Of a stretch of 64,000 nucleotides of DNA, positions 54,174-61,471 are shown in pieces (positions within the stretch are counted from its first letter, which is position 1; every line of letters begins with the position of its first letter). Under the pieces are notes generated by a model, which was given only the letters and a program-made list of their open reading frames with translations, made no database searches and was not told the DNA's origin. The DNA is from Candidatus Zixiibacteriota bacterium. Lineage in GTDB: Bacteria > Zixibacteria > MSB-5A5 > GN15 > FEB-12. Location of the stretch: NCBI GenBank assembly GCA_020346225.1, contig CP070777.1, forward strand, positions 2,554,772 to 2,618,771. Direction: 5' to 3'. The position numbers were made by a program, and so were the translations under genes.

Positions 54174-56447
54174 TCACTTAATCAGGACCATCTTGCGCAC
54201 CTCGGAAACACCGTCGCCCTTGAGGCGATAGAAATATACCCCAGAAGGGGCCGCCCGCCCGTCCGGCAGTGAGCCTTCCCAGTGGGCCCGGTGCCAGCCC
54301 GCCGGCTGAACGCCGGAACTCAGGACGCTCACCCTCTGGCCGAGAACGTTGTACACCTCAAGTGCTACTTCAAAAGGTTCCGGTAAGTAATATTCTATTA
54401 AGGTCATAGCATTGAAGGGATTTGGCCTGTTCTGTTGCACGAGAAAACTCTCCGGCAGAGCCTCCCCGGTTTCCGACTCGGCCTCAGTCACCGGCGACAC
54501 CACGATATAGCCGGTCACCGTGACCGGTGTCCGAGCTACCTGGGCCCTCGCCAGCAGCGGCTGCAGGGTGTCATTGCTGAAAGCCACCAAGGCGGCAACG
54601 CCGACCACGTCGGCGGCCGTGAAATGGATTACGGCTACCTCGAAACTTGTGGCGGAAAAGCATTCATCGGACCGGATGGTGCGGCAATCGAGATAGAGCT
54701 GGCCCGCGGAATTGTCTATGACCGCCTCGAAATCGAGTTCCTCGGGCAGGCCGCCGGCCCAAACGATGGAATCGACGAGCACGATGTCGGCATCGAAGGA
54801 CAGCGGCAGAGAAATGCGGTCAGCTTCACTCACCAGGGTCGCTCGCACCACCGTGGATGCGCTACCACCGCTCTCGGCAGCGGCCGAAGCCACGCCCAGA
54901 GTGTCGTCGGCCTGACCGGTGTGATCCAGCACCTCAAGGCTCACTGTAACAGTGGCAGTCGAACTTATCCCGAGATTGTCAGTGATACTGAGCGCGCCCT
55001 GATAGGTCCCGGCCGGGAGGCCGGCGGCGTTGATGGAAACCTCCAGACCGCCCGGCGTGGTTCCGCCGGTCGGTGTCGCCGCAAGCCAGTCGGCGTCAGA
55101 GGTGACCGTGAAATCGACCGGGTTATATCCGCTGTGTTCGACGTTGACTGCTGCCGGCGGCGGGGCTGATTCTCCGGCGACGAATTCAAAGTTGAGGGCC
55201 GCCGGTTCCGCGGTAATCGACAGGTCGTTGTACTTCTGAACGGCCGCAAAGATATCCCAGTTTCCGTTTCGATTGTCGGTCCAACAGACGTATCGGTAAG
55301 CACCGTCGACCGCGACATCGGCGTCGAGTTGGGCGCTCTCGGCGAAGTCGTTGGCCCGGAAGTTGGCCTCCCGGACGATACCATTTACATCGATCATCTG
55401 GCCGGTGATGTCCCACGAGGCCGAGGTGGAATCAGACCAGACGATCGCCACGTTGCCCATTCGGTCGGCCGCGATGGCCGGTTCACGCTGGGCCGTCTGA
55501 AGGCCGTCAGTGTTCACCCTTATCTCGTCGGTCACCGGAGTCAGAAGGGTGTCGTACTTGCGCGAGTAGATGTCGGGATCGAGCGGGTAGGTGCCGTTGC
55601 GCCAGTCCACCCAGACCACGGTGAAGTGCCCCGAGCCGTCGGTGGCAATATCGGGAAAAGCCTGACGCGCTCCCTGGCTGTCGGCGTTGGCCTTGACGTT
55701 GACGCCCAGCCTGTTGGCCAGCGAATCATAGCGCTGGAAGAAGATGTCGTCGTTGCCGTCGCGATTGTCGTACCAGGTAACGACGAACCAGCCTTGCGGC
55801 GACACCGCCACCCTCGGCGCGTGCTGCTGACCGGTGCCCGTGTCGTCGTTGACGCGAAAGTTGCCGCCGATGAGACTTCCGTCGGCGGCGATCAACTGAC
55901 CGTAGATATCCCAGTTGCGATTACGATAGTCGGCCCAGACGACGACACCTCTCCCCCGGTCGCTGAGGGCGATATCGGGCGACTCCTTGGTAGAGTCCGG
56001 TATTTCTATGGTAAGGTTGGTGTTGACTCCCAGAGGCAACACGGTCGAATCGAACCGCTGAAAGTAAATGTCCGGGTCGAAGGGATAGCTCCCGTTGCGG
56101 TAGTCTTTCCATACCGTCGCATAACCACCCGCGAGGCTGGCGGCGACAGCCGGCTCGAACTGATATGATTCGACCTGTTCATCGTTTATCTTGAAGTTGT
56201 AACCGACCGCGAATCCGTCGGCGTCAAACCGCTGAAGGTAGATGCTGCTGGTAGTCGAGCGACGGTCCACCCAGGTGATAACAAAACCCTGTCCGGGGCT
56301 CACGGCAATACGCGGGGCGCTCTGTGCGGCTCGGCCGCCGTCGTCGTTGACAATGAAGTCACTGCGTTCGACGGCCGCGGCCGTGAGCGACAGGCAGCCA
56401 AGCAAGCCCGCTGCAAGGCACACTACTCTGTGGTATCCGGTTCTCAC
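54174..56447 (-). CDS. secreted 7-repeat (propeller-like) protein with BACON-like and cohesin-like modules and T9SS C-terminal sorting domain
   Basis: GTG at 56447 is preferred, because the ORF-track start at 56546 spans a terminator. Seven W-x-D-x-R-x-G-x-x-DI-[YF] repeats. The tail NRPNPFNAMTLIEYYL...SGVYFYRLKGDG...KMVLIK is T9SS type A-like. Confidence 0.75.
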   Translation of the reverse strand: MRTGYHRVVCLAAGLLGCLSLTAAAVERSDFIVNDDGGRAAQSAPRIAVSPGQGFVITWVDRRSTTSSIYLQRFDADGFAVGYNFKINDEQVESYQFEPAVAASLAGGYATVWKDYRNGSYPFDPDIYFQRFDSTVLPLGVNTNLTIEIPDSTKESPDIALSDRGRGVVVWADYRNRNWDIYGQLIAADGSLIGGNFRVNDDTGTGQQHAPRVAVSPQGWFVVTWYDNRDGNDDIFFQRYDSLANRLGVNVKANADSQGARQAFPDIATDGSGHFTVVWVDWRNGTYPLDPDIYSRKYDTLLTPVTDEIRVNTDGLQTAQREPAIAADRMGNVAIVWSDSTSASWDITGQMIDVNGIVREANFRANDFAESAQLDADVAVDGAYRYVCWTDNRNGNWDIFAAVQKYNDLSITAEPAALNFEFVAGESAPPPAAVNVEHSGYNPVDFTVTSDADWLAATPTGGTTPGGLEVSINAAGLPAGTYQGALSITDNLGISSTATVTVSLEVLDHTGQADDTLGVASAAAESGGSASTVVRATLVSEADRISLPLSFDADIVLVDSIVWAGGLPEELDFEAVIDNSAGQLYLDCRTIRSDECFSATSFEVAVIHFTAADVVGVAALVAFSNDTLQPLLARAQVARTPVTVTGYIVVSPVTEAESETGEALPESFLVQQNRPNPFNAMTLIEYYLPEPFEVALEVYNVLGQRVSVLSSGVQPAGWHRAHWEGSLPDGRAAPSGVYFYRLKGDGVSEVRKMVLIK

Positions 56448-56463
56448 CTCATGAATTTTAGGC

Positions 56464-56492
56464 AATAAAAATGCCCGCCTGTTAAGGCGGGC
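56464..56492 (-). terminator. intrinsic terminator of the HU / bS22-like transcription unit
   Basis: The minus strand reads GCCCGCC-ttaaca-GGCGGGC followed by ATTTTTATT. Confidence 0.85.
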
Positions 56493-56597
56493 CAAAAAAC
56501 TGATTGAATGTCTTAAGGGTGTGACCCTCAGGCGGTTACTGATCACCGCCGGTCACGTCTAAGTTGCTTCGCCCTTCATCGTCCGGCCGCAGAGGAA

Positions 56598-56630
56598 ATA
56601 TCTTCCCAACTGTAAGAAACATATCTTCCC
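56598..56630. repeat. 10-nt direct repeat (minus-strand GGGAAGATAT, two copies)
   Basis: The plus strand reads ATATCTTCCC at 56598-56607 and again at 56621-56630, inside the bS22-like 3' region. Confidence 0.5.
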
Positions 56631-56641
56631 GGCCCTGCGCG

Positions 56642-56737
56642 CTATCTCACCTTCTTCTTGTGGCGATTGGCGCGTCTGCGCTTTTTCCGTTTGTGGGTCT
56701 TAATTTTGTGGCGCTTCCGTTTCTTTCCGCTGGGCAT
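56642..56737 (-). CDS. 31-aa arginine/lysine-rich peptide, bS22-like (AURKAIP1/COX24-type) small ribosomal protein
   Basis: Not in the ORF track because it is under 60 aa. ATG at 56737 is preceded by GGAGGA 3 nt upstream (GGAGGATTAATG). It translates to MPSGKKRKRHKIKTHKRKKRRRANRHKKKVR with TAG at 56644-56642, and is co-oriented 29 nt downstream of the HU gene. Confidence 0.6.
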   Translation of the reverse strand: MPSGKKRKRHKIKTHKRKKRRRANRHKKKVR

Positions 56738-56766
56738 TAATCCTCCGTACCAGAGCAGCAAAACCG

Positions 56767-57051
56767 TTAGATAGCGAGTTTCGTGATCATGTTCTTGAAT
56801 TCATTCGAAGGCTTGAAAACCGGGACCTTGCGATCCGGCACAGGCACAACTTCACCGGTGCGAGGATTACGGGCTTTGCGAGCTTTGCGAAGCTTGACCT
56901 TGAAGGTGCCAAATCCTCTAATCTCAATGTTATGGCCGTTTTCAAGTGACTTCTTGACAGTGTCAAGGAAAGAGTCCACGACGACGGCCACGTCGGTTCT
57001 TGTAAGGCCTGTTTTCTCGGCAACCTTTTCAACTAAATCGGCTTTGGTCAC
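56767..57051 (-). CDS. HU/IHF-family DNA-binding protein
   Basis: GTG at 57051 with GGGAGGA upstream gives MTKADLVEKVAEKTGLTRTDV...IEIRGFGTFKV...ARNPRTGE, the classic HU fold motifs. Confidence 0.88.
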   Translation of the reverse strand: MTKADLVEKVAEKTGLTRTDVAVVVDSFLDTVKKSLENGHNIEIRGFGTFKVKLRKARKARNPRTGEVVPVPDRKVPVFKPSNEFKNMITKLAI

Positions 57052-57246
57052 AGTGTCCTCCCAAGACAAATCCTGTTTTGTTTATTGTTACTTATTTCTT
57101 TCAAACCTTCAAGGACGGCTCGCGTGAGCCGCCCGTCAATTCTAACTCTTTGGGGCAGGTAAGGATACCCTGTATTTTCCTAAAAGAAAAGGAAAATAAT
57201 GTCATTATCAACAGTTTTTTTGCGGTTTTTGTCAAAAAAATGCTGA

Positions 57247-58149
57247 TTATCGATACAAATACAGCAGTTGAGGCCCGGTAAGACCGCTTTCCACCGGCTG
57301 GCTCAGCACCTTACCGATACTCCCGAGCAGATCAAAGATGGTGATTTTCTTGCGTTCGTAAGGCCTCACCGGCTTCGGCTTGCCGTCCATCTCAGCCAGG
57401 TCGGCGGCGATTTCCAGCGCCTCGTTGAAGCCGCCCAGAGTGTCGATCAGACCGAGGTTGAGCGCCTGCAAACCGGTGTAAATGGAGCCGTCGGCCAGGG
57501 GGTAGATCTCTTCCACCTCTTTGCCCCGGCCGTCAGCCACCACCCGGACAAACTGCTCATAAGTGTCCATGACGACCGAGCGCAACATGAGCTCTTCCTT
57601 CTCGGTCATCTCTCTGGCATAGGTCCCGACATCTTTGAGTTCGCCGGATTTGACCGTCTCGGTTCCGATCCCGATTTTATCCATGAGGCCTTCAAAGGTG
57701 TGAAACTGGAAAATGACACCGATAGAGCCGGTCAGAGTTCCCGGATTGGCCACGATGCGGTCTGACGCACAGGCGATATAGTATCCGCCCGAGGCGGCCA
57801 CGGACGCCATAGCCGTGACCACCGGCTTCTTTTCCCTGGCTCTTCCGATGGCATCGTAGATTTCCTGTGATATAGCCGCTCCCCCGCCCGGAGAATTGAC
57901 ATGGACGACAATCGCCTCGATAGAACCGCTCTCGGCCCATTTGTCAAGATATCTGATAGCCTTGCGGCCGGTGGGTTCATCGATTACCCCGAACACTTCA
58001 ACGATGCCGACGTTGCCGCCGAAACCGGTGATTTCAAAGTCGGCGTCAGGCGACATGAAACCGATGAACATGATTCCGAAGAAAACAAACGCCCCCACCA
58101 GAACGACGACAATAATGGCGCCGATTATAATGTCTCTCTTCTTAGCCAT
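57247..58149 (-). CDS. sppA: signal peptide peptidase SppA, 36K type
   Basis: N-terminal TM helix. S49 motifs VVHVNSPGGGA, MASVAASGGYYIA (catalytic Ser) and the GSIGV region. Confidence 0.88.
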   Translation of the reverse strand: MAKKRDIIIGAIIVVVLVGAFVFFGIMFIGFMSPDADFEITGFGGNVGIVEVFGVIDEPTGRKAIRYLDKWAESGSIEAIVVHVNSPGGGAAISQEIYDAIGRAREKKPVVTAMASVAASGGYYIACASDRIVANPGTLTGSIGVIFQFHTFEGLMDKIGIGTETVKSGELKDVGTYAREMTEKEELMLRSVVMDTYEQFVRVVADGRGKEVEEIYPLADGSIYTGLQALNLGLIDTLGGFNEALEIAADLAEMDGKPKPVRPYERKKITIFDLLGSIGKVLSQPVESGLTGPQLLYLYR

Positions 58150-58160
58150 ATACGACCCAT

Positions 58161-60422
58161 TCAGTTCAGGTAAATTCTCAGCGTCTCCCCGATCCGGAGC
58201 AGGTCCGGATCATCGATATTGTTATTGGCGCGAATCCGAGCCACCGTGGTGCGATACTTACGGGCAATGGAGCCCAGCGTTTCGCCGCGCCTCACTTTGT
58301 GAATAACGTAGTCAGCGCCCCCTCCGGCTACCTTAAGAATCTGGCCGGGGTAGATGCGACTTGACCTTCCCAGGCCGTTGAGGCCGCGTATCTTCCCGGT
58401 GGTGGTGCCGAACCGCCGGGCAATATCCCAGAGGGTATCGCCGGAGCGAACTTTGTATGTCTTTACTTCGGTGTTCGCATCACTTCCCGAAGATGATCCG
58501 CCCGATTCGGCGGCATAAGCCGGGCCACCTCCACTGACAACATTCCTGTTTTTTAGCTTCGCGGCACTGGAAGGGATTTTCAGCTTTTGACCGACGTAGA
58601 TCCGGGACCCGCGGCCGATATAATTGGCCCGCCGCAGAGCGCTGACGCTGGTGCCGAAAGCCCGGGCGATATCCCACATGGTATCGCCGGACCTGACGAT
58701 ATAGATGGAATTCTTTGCAGTATAGTCGGTGTTTTTGCCTTTTCTCCAGTTGCTGTACTCGCGATCAAGCGGTACCGGGACAATCAGTGTTTTTCCGGCA
58801 TAGATTTTCGACCGGCGGCTGAGATTGTTGGCTTCCAGAATAGCGTACTGCGACACCCCGTACCTGGCCGCGATGTGACTTACCGTCTCACCCCTTCTTA
58901 TTTTGTGCTGCACCCAGCTGGTTTCCTTCGGTGACGGCATGCCATCGTAGGCGGCCCAGAACTTATCCTTGGAGCCTTTCGGGATCTTCAGGACATATTT
59001 CTTGTCATTCGGCGGCGTGTACTTTCGCAGCAGTTCAGGGTTCAACTGCTTCAACTCCGCTGCTGAGCACCCCAGTTCCTTGGCGATTACCGAAAGCTCC
59101 AGGCACTTGTCGATAGTGACCTCGTCCCAGACAACCTCATCCTCGAATTCAATATCGTTGAAGCCGTACTTCCCGGGATTCTTGGCTATGACCGCCGCGG
59201 CCATAATCAGGGGAACATAGTCCATCGTCTGTCGCTTGAGCTTCAGTTTCCAGAAGTCGATTGTCTTCTGCCTCTTGATCTGCCGGCTTACCCGGCCTGG
59301 TCCCCCGTTGTAAGCCGCCATGGCCAGCTCCCAGGAACCAAACTGCTCATACAATGCCTTCAGGAAACGACAGGCGGCATGGGTCGACTTGATCGGGTCC
59401 TTGCGCTCGTCAATCCACCAGCTTCGCGCCAGACCGTAGCGGCGGCCCGTGGACGAAATGAACTGCCACAGGCCCATCGCCCTGGCCCAGGAGTAGGCGT
59501 GCGGGTTGTAACCGGATTCGACCATCGATAGATAGATGAGGTCCTGGGGCAGGCCGTACTCGGCCAGGATGCGCTTCATCATGGAAGTATACCGCTTCGA
59601 GCGTGTCAAAAACTTCTTGAACACCTCGCGCCCCACCCCCTGATAATAGACAATAGAGCTCTTCACCCGACTGTTCATGGTGATCGGGATATCGTAGGTA
59701 ATCGGCTGCTCTTCGCCGTTGTAGACTACCAGGCTGTCCGCCCCGAGGCGATCGGCCAGCTCTCCGAACCGTTCGATGAGAACGGCCGGCGAAACGTCTT
59801 CGTCCAGGCTGCCCAGCGAGCGCAGCGTCACCCGGTAGTCGGCAATGATATTGTCCAGGAGACCGTTATACTCTTTCGATTCGGGGGTGAGAGTGGAATC
59901 CGCCTCGATATCAAGGTTGGCGAGGATCCGCAGAGCCTTTTCAAAATAATACTGGGCCTCTTCCCAGCTGGCCTCGCGATTGGCAAGCACGCCCATGGCG
60001 TGATACTCGTGAGCCAGGTCGAATTGACGCCACAGGTCATCATCAACCGCCGAGGCCGAGTCCTGAATATCGACGGCGTCATAAAAGGCACCCTCGATCA
60101 ATTCATAGTCCTGCGGGTCGCTGGCAAAGGCGTCCTCGGCTGAAACGGAATCTTCAGTCGCATCCGACGGGAAGGCCGAGACGGCGACCGAGTCCGGGGC
60201 GGTTGAGGAAGCATCCGACAGCACGTCACCGAGGCCGCTGGTGTCGTCTTCGGCCGAAGCCCTGGTCACCTCGGCGGAGTCGGTTTCGGCAGACGATTTC
60301 GCGCCGTAAACCTGAGGCGATTTCATCGAGCCTTTGCCGGAACAGCCAAAGTAAAGAAAGCTCGATATGGCAACTACTGCAAGGAGAGAAAGTCTCAAGA
60401 TTCGCACTGCTTTTTCATCCAT
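58161..60422 (-). CDS. lytic murein transglycosylase with four LysM domains (MltD-like)
   Basis: SLT catalytic region (YLSMVESGYNPHAYSWARAMGLWQF) followed by four LysM repeats (HKIRRGETVSHIAARYGV..., YIVRSGDTMWDIARAFG..., YKVRSGDTLWDIARRFG..., HKVRRGETLGSIARKY...). Confidence 0.85.
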   Translation of the reverse strand: MDEKAVRILRLSLLAVVAISSFLYFGCSGKGSMKSPQVYGAKSSAETDSAEVTRASAEDDTSGLGDVLSDASSTAPDSVAVSAFPSDATEDSVSAEDAFASDPQDYELIEGAFYDAVDIQDSASAVDDDLWRQFDLAHEYHAMGVLANREASWEEAQYYFEKALRILANLDIEADSTLTPESKEYNGLLDNIIADYRVTLRSLGSLDEDVSPAVLIERFGELADRLGADSLVVYNGEEQPITYDIPITMNSRVKSSIVYYQGVGREVFKKFLTRSKRYTSMMKRILAEYGLPQDLIYLSMVESGYNPHAYSWARAMGLWQFISSTGRRYGLARSWWIDERKDPIKSTHAACRFLKALYEQFGSWELAMAAYNGGPGRVSRQIKRQKTIDFWKLKLKRQTMDYVPLIMAAAVIAKNPGKYGFNDIEFEDEVVWDEVTIDKCLELSVIAKELGCSAAELKQLNPELLRKYTPPNDKKYVLKIPKGSKDKFWAAYDGMPSPKETSWVQHKIRRGETVSHIAARYGVSQYAILEANNLSRRSKIYAGKTLIVPVPLDREYSNWRKGKNTDYTAKNSIYIVRSGDTMWDIARAFGTSVSALRRANYIGRGSRIYVGQKLKIPSSAAKLKNRNVVSGGGPAYAAESGGSSSGSDANTEVKTYKVRSGDTLWDIARRFGTTTGKIRGLNGLGRSSRIYPGQILKVAGGGADYVIHKVRRGETLGSIARKYRTTVARIRANNNIDDPDLLRIGETLRIYLN

Positions 60423-60478
60423 GATGAGGTTCCTATTGTTTCTCCTTATATCGGTCGAAAGCGAGACGAATTTACCCT

Positions 60479-61471
60479 CTAAGTTGCTAACCCGGTGCCA
60501 TTTAACCGACCACCCGGCGGAGAGTCAAGTTTTATCTGTGCTGGCTTTAGCTTTTCGCAATGGGCCGCAACCGCCTGCTCGAGCCTTGGGCGCGTCTCGT
60601 AGAAGACACAGCCCGACTGCTTCCTGAACCAGGTCATCTGTCTTTTGGCATAATGCCGACTATTCAGCTTTATCATACTTACAACCTCGGCCAGCGAAAA
60701 GTTTCCATCGAGATAGTCAATCAGCTCCGAGTATCCGATAACGTTGGCTTTCCTGACGGGGTCCTTCAGGCCGCGGTCCACCAACGAGGTCAGTTCTTCC
60801 AGCAGACCGGCCGCCATCATACGGTCGACGCGGTCATCTATGGCCCGGTACAGTTCGTCCCGTGACGGCATGAGACAACAGTAGGCAAAGGCGTGGCTGC
60901 TCTTCCTGTACGCCCCCGTGGACGTCAGTTCCGATTTGGTCCGGCCGGTCAGGCGATATATTTCCAGGGCCCGAATCACCCGCAGCCGGTTGTTGGGATG
61001 GATCCGAGCCGCTTCGGCCGGGTCTATCTCTTTCAACTTCGCGTGCATGGCCTCCGCTCCCGCCTGTTCCATCTCTTTCTCCAGCCGCTCCCGAACCGAG
61101 CCGTCGTCGGAGTCGATCTCCACGACACCTTCGGTGAGCACGCGCAGATACAGTCCGGTGCCGCCGACCACCAGAGGAATGCGGTCGCGGGCGAGGACGG
61201 TGTCGATAGCGCCGTCCGCATCTTCAATGAATCGAAAAGCGGAATATGTTTCACCCGGTTCCACCAGGTCCAGCAGGTGAAATTCGACACTGCGCCGTTC
61301 CTCCGGCGACGGCTTGGCCGTGCCTATATCGAGATACTTAATGATCTGTCTGGAATCGGCAGAGATGATTTCGATCGGATACTGCCGAGCCAGGCGCAAA
61401 GCCGCTTCGGTCTTCCCCGAGCCGGTGGGACCACAGATGACGGGAATTGCTTTGGGTTCAGGTGCGGCCAA
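60479..61471 (-). CDS. miaA: tRNA dimethylallyltransferase
   Basis: P-loop GPTGSGKTEAAL, IISADSRQIIKYLDIGTAKPS, and VGGTGLYL. Confidence 0.92.
   Translation of the reverse strand: MAAPEPKAIPVICGPTGSGKTEAALRLARQYPIEIISADSRQIIKYLDIGTAKPSPEERRSVEFHLLDLVEPGETYSAFRFIEDADGAIDTVLARDRIPLVVGGTGLYLRVLTEGVVEIDSDDGSVRERLEKEMEQAGAEAMHAKLKEIDPAEAARIHPNNRLRVIRALEIYRLTGRTKSELTSTGAYRKSSHAFAYCCLMPSRDELYRAIDDRVDRMMAAGLLEELTSLVDRGLKDPVRKANVIGYSELIDYLDGNFSLAEVVSMIKLNSRHYAKRQMTWFRKQSGCVFYETRPRLEQAVAAHCEKLKPAQIKLDSPPGGRLNGTGLAT

Noticed and set aside
56448-56546. The N-terminal 33 codons of the ORF-track 790-aa protein (start 56546).
   Set aside because: This segment contains a strong intrinsic terminator (GCCCGCC-loop-GGCGGGC plus a U-tract, 56464-56492) and a hairpin belonging to the upstream transcription unit. 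GTG at 56447 gives a normal signal peptide (MRTGYHRVVCLAAGLLGCLSLTAAA).
56536-56622. A 28-codon ORF (MFLTVGKIFPLRPDDEGRSNLDVTGGDQ) downstream of the bS22-like gene.
   Set aside because: The SD-like GGGAAG is only ~2 nt from the ATG, and the ORF runs through the two-tier hairpin. I kept this only as a note under the 3'-region finding.
57195-57235. TTGACA (57235-57230, minus strand) with GATAAT (57209-57204) as the HU promoter.
   Set aside because: The spacer is 20 nt. The 18-nt alternative gives a poor -10 (TTGATA). This is not good enough to report as a feature.
57078-57281. A 67-aa plus-strand ORF in the AT-rich spacer between HU and sppA.
   Set aside because: It lies in the lowest-GC intergenic DNA, which is the probable HU promoter and leader. 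It has an odd composition (F/I/N/K-rich), no RBS, and overlaps the sppA 3' end.
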